This document shows positions 51,513 to 63,804 of a stretch of DNA of 64,000 nt, piece after piece; position 1 is the stretch's first letter, and each line of letters begins with the position of its first letter. The translations under genes and the position numbers were made by a program. The notes under the pieces are model-generated. The model saw only the letters and a program-made list of their open reading frames with translations, searched no databases and was not told where the DNA came from. Source of the stretch: Callorhinchus milii. Taxonomy: Eukaryota. Where the stretch lies: contig NW_024704742.1 of NCBI RefSeq assembly GCF_018977255.1, forward strand, positions 128,156,001 through 128,220,000. The letters run 5' to 3'.

Positions 51513-52208
51513 AATGATGGGCCAAATGGACTCCTTCTGTGCTGTAAATTTGTTTCCATAATCTTGTCCAGACCCATGCATTACTGTTTTTTTATGTCAG
51601 AGAGCAAGCATCGCATGTTGCATTGTGTGGAATTGGCAGAAACTCTCTGGTATCTCAAACAAACAAACAATCTTTATTCGTGAGCCTGGACCGTGAGTGG
51701 CTATTTAAGCATCAGTTCAAAGTCTGATCTTGTTCTCATTTTAATTTGGAAGCATCGACTGAATTTAAGAATTTGCTAAATTCTGCATGACCTTACATTG
51801 CTGTCTGGAGTTTGAAATGTAACACTTCTGTGGAGGATGTAACAGAAATCGATCTGAATTAATGGAGGTCTTTAAGATTACAAGTGGTTTTGACAGGATA
51901 AACAGGCAAACTATTTCCACTCATCAGCAAGCCAGTGATAAGTGAATATCCTCTTATTCAGGGAGTAATGTTTGAGAACTCCTTATCTAATGTTAATGTT
52001 AACGATTCCCTCCAGGTTAATGGTTTCTCCCTTTTCAGATTCCATTGTTCGCCATTTCTTTTATTTTCAAGCAAGGGTTTTGTGTTTTGTAAATTGCAGT
52101 TCCTAGAGCGGCCTCAAAGTTATTATTTTTCTGTTTAATATTTATTTTCCACGGTTGATCAGCCAAGGAGAGATAAAATTTGTGCTCTTCTCCAGCCAAA
52201 AGTAAAAA

Positions 52209-52593
52209 TAATAATAATAATCCTTGGATTTTTCAAAGTGCTTCACAGAATATACTGTAAAGTGAATTGACTATATATTTTGTGGACGAAACATGGCAGT
52301 CAATTGAGCACAGCAATGTCTCACAAACAGTCATGAATTGCATGACCAAATTATTTTTTTAAAGAGATTATTACCCCGGAAAAACAATCCACCTAACAAC
52401 CAGGCTCCTACTTACTGCTAAACAGAGGTACGTGGAGTAAGGAAACTTGACTTAAGGCTTTGCCCTGCCCGGAAATCGCACAAAATATACAGTCAATTCA
52501 CCTTACAGTATATCCTGTGAAGTGCTTTGAGATGTCTTGAAGACGTGATAAGGCGCTATATCAAATGCAAGGGTTCTTGTTATTATTATTATT
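52209..52593. mobile_element. Long-form SINE (-, 52209-52475) abutting a truncated SINE tail (+, 52479-52593)
   Basis: Both segments match the SINE consensus in opposite orientations. Confidence 0.8.
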
Positions 52594-54059
52594 ATGAAAT
52601 GATAATTATGCATCCTGCGAATATTGCAAATCAAACGGCTCTCGATATTGGCAAGTCAGAAGTCACAACGAGCTCAACGAATCCAGCTTACAACTTTTCT
52701 GCTCTCCCTTTCAGCCTATAACACCTAAGGGACATTCCTGTGTGCAAATTGCCTGCTGCTTTCGCCCTCAAATACAATCACTGCACTTCACAGTAAAACC
52801 TTGTGAAGCGCTTTGACATAGGTGTGGTGAGACTCAATATCAAATACAAGGAGTATTATTATTCATTAGTTAACTGAAGAGCGCTCATATAAAGATTTGT
52901 AAGTCTGTAATGTCAGTACATGCAGGGCACCATGATTCTGTAATGTTTTTGTTCCGTTTGAAGCAATGGAATGTTGCTAATTCCTCTGAGAAGTTGTAAG
53001 ATCCCATGAAGCACTTTGGGATGTTTCGACAATGTCGTAAGGTGCTGTATCAAATGCAAGGATTAGTTTTTTTATATATAAAACATGAGTCGTCCCCAGA
53101 TGTTCTTTTCCAGCAAAGACTCAAATACACGTGAGAAACCTCTCTAGCATGATGAGTCATTGTGAAATTAACATATCTCTAAAAGCAACATAAATGTGAC
53201 CTTTCTCTTCTTTGAAAGATGGAGCCAGAATAGCGCAGCCTCTTTGCACAGAATGTCACTGCTCTCATTGATCTTTAAAATCGTGGCAGGTTGCCACTGG
53301 TACACGATCAAACACATTTTCGCAGTGTTCTGGCTCCAGGGCAGTAATTGATGGTTACAGAAGTTACTGTATGAACTGCAATTATGTTTAATTGTCTCGT
53401 TGTTCTGAAATATCTTCTAGAACAAACTCCCAGCATGTTTAACCAAAGGGACATTAAGGCTTATGTTCAGCTTTGATTATTATAAGCATTAGTTCAGCAT
53501 TGTTCACATATCTTCTTGCCTATTATTTGCCCTGCTCTCCTGAAAGAGTTTGAGTGCCTTTCCCCCCCTTTCTCTGGGGATCAGTTTCATTAGCAACATC
53601 TGTCTTCCGCTACTTCACCCAAACTGGTCATTCAGTATAGGTGAGCTTAACACTAAGTGTTGACAGACCATTCTGTTTCCTAAAGCCAGGTCTGGACAAT
53701 AATCTCTCAAGAAAAAAACAATAATTTGGTCACTTCAATCCACGACTGTTTGTGGGACACTGCTGTGCACAATTGGCTGCTGCATTTCACCCACAAATAT
53801 ACAGTCAATTCACTTTAAAATATATTCTGAGAAGAGCTTTGAGACGTCTCAAAGACATTAAAAATTTATTATTATTGTTATAAAAAGAACTGGCTTCCAA
53901 ACTAAGACTGAATTTAGGAATTTTTCCAGATACTGTTCAGTCTCAAAATTTGAAACAAAATGTCCTTCAGACAAAGGCTAAGTGGATGTTAAAACCTCTA
54001 GTGCCATCCAAGCTGTGAGCAGAGAGCTTACACCTAAAAGACTAAGGACTAAACCGCAG

Positions 54060-54455
54060 TTCTCTTCGCCTCTGAATCGGAAGGTTGTGGGTTCAAACTC
54101 CACAGTGAGCGTTGGAACTCATTTAGTTGAAGATGACACTCCAATGCAGGACTGAGTTTGTGCTGTCCTTCAGATTGGATGTTACACCAAGATCACATCT
54201 GTCTGTTCAGGTGGACGTTAAAGGTCCTGTTGTACTATTCAAGGAGAGAAAGTAAATTTCTCCCGGTGTTCTGGTATTGTCCGTGAAGTCACGGACAATG
54301 ACTTACGTGTTTGTAGGACATTATTTGTGCGTAAACTGGCTGTGGAGTTCGTTTACAAAATACAGTGGCTACACTGTAGAGTAAATCCTGCAAATTGTTT
54401 TGAGACGACCTCTTGACGTGAAATGTGCGATATCAAAAGCTTAGATTATTTGATT
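54060..54455 (+). mobile_element. DeuSINE/SacSINE-like SINE
   Basis: CGCCTCTGAATCGGAAGGTTGTGGGTTCAA head, TCTGTTCAGGTGGACGTTAAAG core. Confidence 0.8.
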
Positions 54456-55799
54456 ATTTAGTTCTCATCAGTCAGCAAGGGATGTTACCTGAAACTTTCC
54501 CTGAAGTACATATACTTTATGTCCCGAGGTATTTTTTCTTTCATGAAGCATCACTTTCACTGCCATTTTCCTGACAAGATCTTTTTAAACCCCAGTGACA
54601 AAAATAAATGAATGGTGCTCCATTACTGTGACCTTTACCTTAGTCTTACCATATACTTACCTGACCTTGACCCAGTTGACATAGTTATTCTGAAACAAGA
54701 TTACAGTCTTCCTAACAGCATGGAACAGAATTTATTGCATTTTCAGTACAGGCGTCAGAAAAATAGTTAACAACTGATGAAGGCTGAGAAGAATCTCTAG
54801 GGAGCCTCTGCCAAGCATATAAGGTATTTATGAGGCAAGGAATAGCTCATTATTCATAAAAAATGTACGAGGAAAAAGCAATATGTACAACTGGTACTAG
54901 AACACAAGATGTAACTACTAGATATGTCACTGATCTATCCCTGGAATGTCGTGTTTAAAGCCCAAACATGACTAATCAGATACTAGAATGCATCTCAAGG
55001 GTATTTGTGAATAAGTTGAAACAAGCTATTCTAACCTTACTGGTGAGGCCTCACTTTCTACATCCCACCATCAGTAGCTGAACTTTCAACCACTTTGCCC
55101 TGCTTTCTGGAACTCTCTCTCAAAATCTCTTTGCCTTGTGCCTTCTTACTCTGTCTTCAAAAACCTTCTGAGAAACTCATCTCTTTGACCATGGCGTTCG
55201 TGAAAATCTTCAAATTTCCCATCATCCTATTCATCTTTGTGAACTACTCTGAGATGTTCATGCTGTGTGGAAGGATTTATATAAGTTCAAATTGTTGTTT
55301 GTGAGGCCACTTAATATCTCTTGCCTTTTTTTGTGCGTTTTACCATATCATTGAGACAAACACTGTAGCTATATCCCACAAACAGCCAATATTATGTGGG
55401 CATTGTTGGCCAGGACACCATGAACAACTCCCTCCTTTTTTCGAATAGCATCATGCTATCTGTAATCTTTACCTGAATAGGTAGATGTGACCTCAGTTTA
55501 ACATCTCACTAGAAAGGATGAAACCTCGGACAATGTCATTGGAGTGTCAGCCTAGACTGTGAGTTTAAAATCCTTAAAACACGGGGCTTAATTCCACAAC
55601 CTTCTGAGGCAAATTTTACATTATCGCATATTTGTGAACACCTCTCTCAGGTCTCCTTGTAAATTGCTCTATTGAATTGTAAACCTTTGGAATGCTGTGC
55701 ATTATTCCAGACGCAATACCCTGAAATGGACACTAATAAGTAAAATAAGGTTCAGCGAAGAGTGACAATGTTGATTCTAGGACTTATAACTCCTCGTTC

Positions 55800-55995
55800 T
55801 GCAGAGGGTATTGATTTGATTCATTTGATTTTGAGGTTATAGCTCCACGTGCAGCTCTCTAGCATGCTGTTCAATGAGCTTGTGTTATGTATGAGCCTGG
55901 ACAGCGAGTGCCAGTCAGATATTTCACTCCAGGCTAGCACAACTGAGCCAAGTTCTGTCCTCGTCTGAGATCCGCACATGCTCACTTGCAGTGAA
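55800..55995. mobile_element. Old interspersed repeat with core GAGCCTGGACAG.GAGTG (probably an ancient SINE)
   Basis: Related fragments at ~51675-51740 and ~53530-53680. Confidence 0.5.
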
Positions 55996-56161
55996 ATTTT
56001 TTGATCAACCGGGTGGCTGACACATGCAGAAAGCCATCACCAGGTTTAAGAGTATCCAAACCAAACTGAGAGCTCCACATGAGTGGAACTTTCGATGTAT
56101 TGAATGGAAATGCACTCTCTCCCTGGAGGGATGCATTCTACTTACACATTCAGGAAAACAT

Positions 56162-56484
56162 TATAATAATAATAATAATATTCCTTGCATTTGATATAGC
56201 GATTTTCACGTCTTCTAGACGTCCCAAAGCGCTTCACAGAATATCCTGTAAAGTGAATTGATTGTATATTTGTGGGCGAACGCGGCAGCCAATTGAGCAC
56301 AGCAGTGTCCCACAAGCAGTTGTAGATTGAAAATGACCAATTTATTATTGTTTTGTTTTTGTGGAGGGATTATTATTAGGCGTTTGGAGTAAGGAAACTT
56401 GCCCAACGTTTCGCCCTGACTGGAATTGAACTCAGGTCTCTCGCTTGCAAAGCGAGTGCTCTAACCACTGAGCTACAGGACTCC
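56162..56484 (-). mobile_element. tRNA-Ala-derived SINE, short form, full length, young
   Basis: Highly similar to the reverse complement of 38442-38766. Confidence 0.92.
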
Positions 56485-56699
56485 ATCAGGTGCAAGAGCC
56501 AAGGCTTGGGGACCTCAGAGTGTGCGCTGGGGTACTGCTGGAGTTCAACCAGATAAAAACACTTAGCTTACCATTGAAAGCACGGTCTGGCAAGCTTTTC
56601 AACAACAACAACTTGGATTTATATAGCGCCCTCCATGCCGGACAGCGTCTCAGAGCACTTTACAGTAACGGGTCCCGGGACTGAGCCAGGGGGAGCGGG

Positions 56700-59600
56700 A
56701 GGAAGGTGACCAAAGGCGCGGTCGAAAAGAAAGGTCTTCAGCCGAGACCAGAAAATGGGAAGGGAGGGAACGAGACGAAGGGAGTGAGGAAGGCAGTTTC
56801 AGAGCCTTGGGGCATTGTGGCTGAAGGCACGGTCGCCGAGGGTGGAGCGGAGTACTCACAGGACGAGGAGGAGGCCAGACCCAGAGGAACGAAGGCAACA
56901 GGTACTGTTTTGAGGAGAGAGGAGGTCAGAGAGGTCGGGGGTTGCAGAGGAGTGCAGGGACTTGAATACAAGGGTGAGGATCTTGAAATCGATCCTCTCT
57001 GGAATAGGCAGTCAGTGCAGTCTGGCAAGGACTGGGGTGATCGGGGAGCGGAGTTTCGTGCCGGTGAAAATGCGGGCGGCAGAGTTTTGAATGATTTGGA
57101 TTTTATGGATGGTAGTGGATGGGAGACCGGCGAGGAGGGCGCTAGAGTAGTCCAGCCGAGAGGTGACAAAGGCATGGACCAGGCTTTCAGCGGCTTTTGG
57201 GGAGAGGTATTGGCGGAGACGGGTGATGCGTCGGAGGTGGTAGAAGGCAGTGCTGGTGAGGGACCGGATGTGGGGGAGGAGGAATAATTGGGGGTCGAAC
57301 CTGACGCCTAGGTTGCGTACGGGTTCGGAGAGCTTTAGGGGGAGGTCGGGTAGGTGGAGGAACTGAAAGCCGTGAGATTTTAGATGTTGATGAGAGCCAA
57401 AGAGTATGGCTTCCGTCTTGTCAACGTTCAGCTGAAGGAAGTTTGCGCTCATCCAGCCCCTGAGATCTGACAGGCAGGCTGAGAGAACATCAGGGGACTG
57501 GGGGTGGCAAAGAGAGGTGGAAAAATAGAGTTGGGTGTCATCTGCATACATGTGGAAATGTATCCCATGTCTACGGATGACATCCCCAAGAGGGAGCATG
57601 TAGATCAAAAAGAGGAGGGGGCCAAGGATGAATCCTTGGGATACCCCACAGCTGACCGGGTGAGAGCGGGAGGAGAAGCAGTTTGTGCAGATGTACTGCT
57701 GGCGGTTTGTGAGGTTGGACTCGAACCGAGCAAGTGTGGTTCCACTGAGGTGGATGACGGAGGAAAGGCGGTGGAGGAGGAAGGCGTGATCGACTGTGTT
57801 GAATGCGGCGGAGAGGTCCAGTAGAACAAGGAGGCAGAGACCCTGGTCACTGATGGAGAGGATGTTGTTTGTGACTTTCACGAGCGCAGTCTCTGTACTG
57901 TGGGCAGGGCGGAAACTGGACTGGAGGGGTTCGAAGAGGGAGTGGGAGGAAAGGTGTACGCGAGTTGGTTGGCAAAGACGCGTTCTAGAACATTTGAGAG
58001 GAAGAGCAGGTTAGCAATAGGGTCGTAGTGGCTGGGGTTTGAGGGATCTAGGGAGAGTTTTTTCAGGAGGGGGGTGATGGCAGCTGTTTTGAGAGAGGCA
58101 GGGACAGATCCAGAGGAAAGGGATTGGTTGATGATGTCAGCCAGTAGTCGACAGAGGAGGGGGTCGAGGCAGCAGGTGGTGGGTTTAATGGAGGTGATGG
58201 TGGGTGAGAGGGAGGAGGGAGAAATGGGGAGGAAGGAATGTAGAATGGGGCTGGTGGTAGGAGCAGATAATGAGGAAGGTGAGGGGGACAAAGAGGGCAT
58301 GGTTGTGGGTGACAAGGTGCAGGTGGTTTAGGCTGCCTGGCGGATGTTAAGTATTTTAGAAGAAAAGAAGTCCATGACTTCCTCGCACTTGGCATTTGAT
58401 ACGAAGATTGAGGAGCCCTGAGAGGGGGCACGGAGGAGGTAGTGGGTGGTGGAAAAAAGGATTTTTGGGTTGTGTTTAGCCTCCAAGATGATGTTGGAGT
58501 AAAAGGCCATTTTTGCACGAGTCAAAGAACGGCGGTAGCTGTGGAGATGCATGAGCCACAATTGACGGTGGACTGTCAGGCCAGTTTTCCACCGTCTGTG
58601 CTCGAGCAGACAGGTTTGTGTTTTTTGGCGGCAGAGATTGTTGTTGTACCAGGGGGATCAGGTGAGTTTGGAGATGGTCCTAGAGTTCAGGGGCACGAGG
58701 AAGTTGAAGGTGGAGGAGAGGCAATCATGGAGTTGCTGGACGGCTACTTCAGGATCTCTGCGGGTGAAGGGCCAGAGGGATAGGATATTTGATGATGAGA
58801 GGGCCTTTGTGAGGATCTCAGGGGGTAGCCTTTTCCAAGGGTGGTAGAGGATGGTTGAGGGCTTGGTGGAGGAGAGAAGAATGTGAGAGGAGAAGGAGAT
58901 GAAAAAGTGGTCCGAGATGGCCTTGTCCATTGTGCTGAGGTTGGAAATGTCAAGGCCATGGGTGAACAAGGTCAAGGGCATGACCGCAGTTGTGGGTGGG
59001 TGAATTTATATGGAGGGTAAGGTTTAGGAAGGAGAGGAGGGCCGTGAAATCGGCAGAAGTGGTGCAGGGGGAGTTTACGTGGAGGTTGAAATCGCCCATT
59101 ATGAGTCGGCGCTCGGAGCAGAGGGACAGGGAAGAGAGGAGGGTAGAGATGTCTGTATGGAAGGAGCTGGGGGGCTTAGGGGGGGCGGTAAACAAGGAGG
59201 ATTTTCAAAGGGAGAGAGGGGTGGAAGAGGGTGAGGTGCTCGAAGGAGGGGAAGCAGCCAGAGGAGTAGGGGTTGAGACTAAGGGAGGCTTTGGAAATGA
59301 GGGCCACCCCGCCGCCATGTTGGTTTGGACGGGGGTTGTGGTGGACCGTATAGCCTGGAGAGGAGGCTTCCACTAGGGGTATGGGGTCAATCGGGGAGAG
59401 CCAGGTTTCGGTGAGCTCAAGAATGTCAAGGTGCTCGTCCAGGATGAGGTTGTGGATGGTGAGGGCTTTATTTGGGAGGGAGTGGACATTTTGGAGGGAA
59501 ATGCAGTTAGTTGGGTTTCGTGGAGGAATGGGGAGGGAGGAGAGGAAGGAGAGAATGGTGCGGAGAGGATTTTGGGGTGTACAGGAGAGATGGTTGTGGA

Positions 59601-59873
59601 GAGTGGTGTGAGTGGAGAGTTGGGGAGGGTACGTATGAAGGAAGGGGGAGTTGGGTTTGCCTTACGGAGGCAGTTTGAGCGGAGGGAGTGAGTGATGGGA
59701 CACGTGAGGTTGCTGCTCTGGGACAGCCAGTGCCGGGAGCCACGATGGGGCCGGCGGAGGATGCCCAGGCAGGAGCAGAGGGAAGTGGTGATGGGGTCGA
59801 GGAGAGAGAGAAGGCAGTGGGAGAGAAGGACAGAGGGGGAGTAGCGGATAGAGGGGTGTGGGAAGAGAGACAT
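56700..59873 (-). pseudogene. Disabled LINE ORF2 (APE-like endonuclease plus reverse transcriptase), several frameshifts and stops
   Basis: Endonuclease motifs QNVHSL, LTETW, GGGVA, VYRPP, MGDFN, PTH..GHALDL, SDHF; RT motifs LLDLSAAF, GVSQGFILGPLLF, YADDTQLY, RNLGV. Confidence 0.93.
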
Positions 59874-60072
59874 AGAGGGGGTGGAAGGAGAGACATTTAG
59901 GGAGAGTCTCGGGTTGGGGCGGCAGCCAAAATGCGCACTCAGAGACCGGGAGCGAGCGATCAGCAGGACAGGATCAGCCCGCAGGCTTAGCCTCCCAGGT
60001 CATGGCCGAGTGGCAGTGGCTGCCAGGCCAATGTTGTTGTTGTTGGTTTTTTTAATAAATTTTTTATTAACT

Positions 60073-60114
60073 GTGACGTCACGCTGACGTCACTTTGTGA
60101 AATACGCCCGCCCC
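60073..60114. promoter_or_regulatory. Two CRE palindromes (TGACGTCA) plus GC box in the LINE 5' UTR
   Basis: TGACGTCA at 60074-60081 and 60085-60092; CCCGCCCC at 60107-60114; function inferred. Confidence 0.55.
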
Positions 60115-60714
60115 ACCCCCTCACTTACCTCAGCTCCTACCTCTGCTCCCGACTGAGTGGCTCCTCACCTGGCTGTGCTTTACATACACGGCTAGGCCTC
60201 GGCTCTGCCCCGTGCTCTCCTACCTTAGAAGATATACTACAACCGTACACCTACTTCCCCCTCTGCATCTAATTCCCACTCTCACCCAATTCCTTCTCAC
60301 TCTGGCCTCGCCTCACTCCGGACGTAGCTCACTCTGGGCCCTCTGCTCGAGTCCATTTCCATTGCTTGTCCAGCTAGGATCACCCTAACTGTTAGTGTCT
60401 GGACTTGCAGGGTTAACCGAAGCTAAGTGGGAAGAATCTGGCCCCAAATCTTACTGCAGTCCTTCTTGCAACCAACAGAGAGTGATCCAGGGTGGAAACA
60501 CTGGCTGACATTTCTCTTTGTTCTTCATGACAGACTAGAGAGAGCCACCAATATGAGAGTGTGAGGCCTACTCACAGACCTCTACCAATAGGTCTGATCT
60601 CCAGCAGCTATCCCATTCCTAGGCTACTCCTGTGCCTGTAGCACCATCTGATGTTGTGGAAGGGGCCGGTAAGCACTCCTTAGGAACAAGCAAACACAAT
60701 AACCCATATAAGTG

Positions 60715-60905
60715 GGAGGTGATTGGTGGGAGACACTTAGCAGGGTATGAGAGAGATTGGTGTGGGAGAGTTAAATGATAGATAAGTGAAGGAGAAAGGA
60801 ATAGAAGGATATAGGAGAGGGGATTAGGAGAGTTGGAAAATAAACACTGGCACAGATTAGTTAGGCTGACTGGCCTGTTTCCGTGCTGTGAAATTCTATG
60901 TATTT
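60715..60905 (+). mobile_element. CR1-like 3' end
   Basis: GGAGAAAGGAATAGAAGGATAT...TAAACACTGGCACAGA...GGCTGACTGGCCTGTTTCCGTGCTGTGAAATTCTATG. Confidence 0.75.
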
Positions 60906-61017
60906 CTGTCAGTTCTTCAAACAGTTTGGCTGATCGTGCAGTTGAATAAAAATCTGTTTTTGTTACACAACTGCTTCATTGTGGTCATTCTGAGTGGAGC
61001 AAGTTTGGTCAGCCAGT

Positions 61018-61321
61018 GGAGTCCTGTAGCTCATTGGTTAGAGCACTCGCCTCGCAAGCGAGAGTCCCAGGTTCAATTCCCGGCAGGGCGAAACCTTGGG
61101 CAAGTTTCCTTACGCCACACGCCTGATAATAATCGCTCAAGAAAAAAAACAATAATAATTTGGTCACTTCAAATCATGACTGTTTGTGGGATACTGATGT
61201 ACACAATTGGCTGCCGTGTTTCGCCGACAAATATACAGTTAATTCACTTTACGGTATATTCTGTGAAGCGCGTCTCAAAGACGTGAAAAGTGCTCTATGC
61301 AATGCAAGGATTATTATTATT
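61018..61321 (+). mobile_element. tRNA-Ala-derived SINE, short form
   Basis: Head with B box GGTTCAATTCC, central junction, tail. Confidence 0.9.
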
Positions 61322-61637
61322 CTGTGTCTGAGCACAGTATGAAGAATTAACCAATTAACTGAATGAATATTCTCTTGAAACAACCATTTCTAAGAACAAG
61401 GCGGCCATTAACTGCTGTGTACAGTATTTAACACTCTTATTAACCACAGTTCTGCAATTGTAATCTTCCATGCTTCCCCAGTCCTTTATTACAATTGACA
61501 GGTTGATTTTGGAAGCTGTTGACATAGCAACAGCAACTCTCTTGACCTGAACCACAATTACACAGTACAATTATTAATTGGTGGGAATCCCTCTGCAATA
61601 TTGAGACGTTTAATTTGACTTTGGAGAACTAAATGAT

Positions 61638-62225
61638 TAATAATAATCCTTGCATTTGATATAGCACCTTTTGTGTTAGGAGGATGTCTCAAAGCACTTC
61701 ATGGAATTTACATTGAATATTTTATTTTGTAGGTGAAAGCAGGATTTGGGCCCAGCAATATTCCACATACAGCCTTGAAGTGGATGGCCACATTTATCTG
61801 GGGAATTGTTGTCCAGGACACTGAGGAAGAACTGTTTTTTCTTTTTGAATTGTGTCAAATGATGTTTAACATCCACCTGAACAGGCAGATGAGACCTCAG
61901 TTTAAGGCTGCTTTGGAATGACAACCTAGACTATGAGCTCATGCTTAATGATAAAACAGTGAGCTGAAATCACTAATGAGGGATGAAATTTGTGTGTTCT
62001 TCTGGCTCAGTTGGTAGCACTCTATCCTCTGAGTCAGAAGGTCATGGGTTGAAGCCTCAAAGGGCTTGGAACTCATATATTCTAGGGACATTGCTATTTG
62101 TAAATTGGTTGCTGCATTTGCCTACAATTATTCAGTCACTGCACTTATACAGTCCATCCTGTGAAGCGCTGTGACATGTCCTCCTGATATGAAAGGTGCT
62201 ATACTAAACGTAAAAGATTATTATG
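61638..62225. mobile_element. Two DeuSINE-like copies in divergent orientation (61638-61930 minus; 62002-62225 plus, internally deleted)
   Basis: TTTAACATCCACCTGAACAGGCAGA core; CTGGCTCAGTTGGTAGCACTCT...GAGTCAGAAGGT head. Confidence 0.75.
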
Positions 62226-63487
62226 TATGATGACCGATAAATTTATATGCTATGTCTGTTAAGGATCATCACAATTTTCAGCCTATTATGCCGTGCTCCG
62301 CCACTGTCAAGTGCTCTGGGACTCTACCCTGCGTGGGGGGGCCCGGTATAAATACTGTTGCTGGTGTTATTAATAAAATATCCTCCTGCCCTCCTGACTT
62401 CAGTACAGTGGTTGGGTTATAGCCTGTTTCAAAATTGTTGCTAATAGCTTACTTAAAGCACTAACTAGCCCTCAAACAGCACTGTGTTTTCTTGTTTAAA
62501 GAATCAGTGAGAAGTTTTCACCAGTGATTTGTATCCTTCATGTTTTTCAATCCTATTTTAACCAAATTATTTTCTATTACAATATTGTGAAGAATACATA
62601 AACTGTTCAGGTACTGTCTTGACTCACAACAAGCAATAAATTATGATAAATACCGAAAGTCCAATAAAAAGTGAATTAAAATCTGAATTCATGTGCATTT
62701 CTCCAGAAACGCACTAGATGGAGCCAAACTACTTGTTTTGTGAAGCATTTTGAAATGTCTCCTATTCTTGGATTGGGCTTCAACAATCATCTGTGCAAAG
62801 ATATTGCACATTTTAACAAAGAAAGAATTGAGAAAAAAATCATCCAAAGGTGCCCTCTTGTTAATGACACACACTAATTAAAAAAACTTGCATTCGATAT
62901 GGAATCTATTGCATCTTTCACAGGGAATTACTGTCAAGTTTAGTAACTGGTTATTATTAGGCAAAAGAGGCAACCATTTGTGAATCACAAAACACCACTA
63001 ACAGCCATGAAAGGGCACGAGTAATTTAACTGGAGAATTGCTCTTCTCTTGATGTGATCTTCAATCCCCCAAAGGTTTGCACATTGAACAATATCGCGTT
63101 CCTCCACTGGACTATAATCCCACAACCTTCCGAACGAGAAGTGAGAATGTCCCAATTCAACTAAATTGACATCTTCAACTAAAACATTCACCACATAACC
63201 ATAACCTGTCACTCACAGAACTACATAGGACATTGCAGAATGGAAACAGGCCATTCAGTCCAAATCCATGCTGATGTTTATAATCCACAGTGAGCCCCTA
63301 CCCTTCCTAATCATCTCTACCAATGCCTTCTCCCTCATGTATCCATCAAGTTTCCCTTTAAATACATTCATGCTTTTTGCTTGAATCTATTTTCTGTGAA
63401 TATCTGTGCTATGACCTCCATACCTCCGCAACTTTGCCCGACTCTGCCTCACCCCTCAGACTGCCGAAACCGTCATACACGCATTCA

Positions 63488-63804
63488 TAATAATAATAAT
63501 CCTTGCATTTGATATAGCGCTTTTCACGTCGGGAGGAGTCCCAAAGCGCTTCACAGAACACACTGTAAAGTGAATTGACTGTATATTTGTGGGCGAACTC
63601 GGCAGCCAATTGCGCACAGCAATGTCCCACAAACAGTCGTAGATTGAAAATGACCAATTTATTATTGTTTTGGGTTTTTTGGAGGGATTATTATTAGATG
63701 TGTGGAGTAAGGAAACTTGCCCAAGGTTTCGCCCTCTGCCTGGAATTGAACTCAGGTCTCTCACTTGCAAAGCGAGTGCTCTAACCACTGAGCTACAGGA
63801 CTCC
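63488..63804 (-). mobile_element. tRNA-Ala-derived SINE, short form, full length, young
   Basis: Near-identical to the reverse complement of 38442-38766. Confidence 0.92.

Larger units (their letters stand above)
56601..60355 (-). mobile_element. Apparently full-length single-ORF L2-clade LINE
   Basis: (TTG)n tail at 56601, endonuclease and RT domains, ~480-nt leader; ends defined by the interrupted family X copy; possible TSD TTTC (56597-56600, 60356-60359). Confidence 0.9.
55996..60448 (-). mobile_element. Unclassified repeat 'family X', copy 4, in three pieces (55996-56160, 56486-56600, 60356-60448)
   Basis: Removing the SINE and the LINE rebuilds a sequence colinear with 35385-35750 (CTGGCAAGCTTTTC | CATTGCTTGTCCAGCT). 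Confidence 0.8.

Noticed and set aside
51910..51935. Minimal hammerhead-like CTGATGAG..GAAA on the minus strand
   Set aside because: No stem II or flanking helices; lies in a CR1-like fragment
54653..54663. ATACTTACCTG as the 5' end of a U1 snRNA gene
   Set aside because: Downstream sequence does not continue as U1 (GCAGGGGAGA...); better read as a minus-strand donor
56706..59900. Long plus-strand ORFs (for example 56706-57287, 58990-59376)
   Set aside because: Antisense shadows of the C-rich LINE ORF2; no independent protein features
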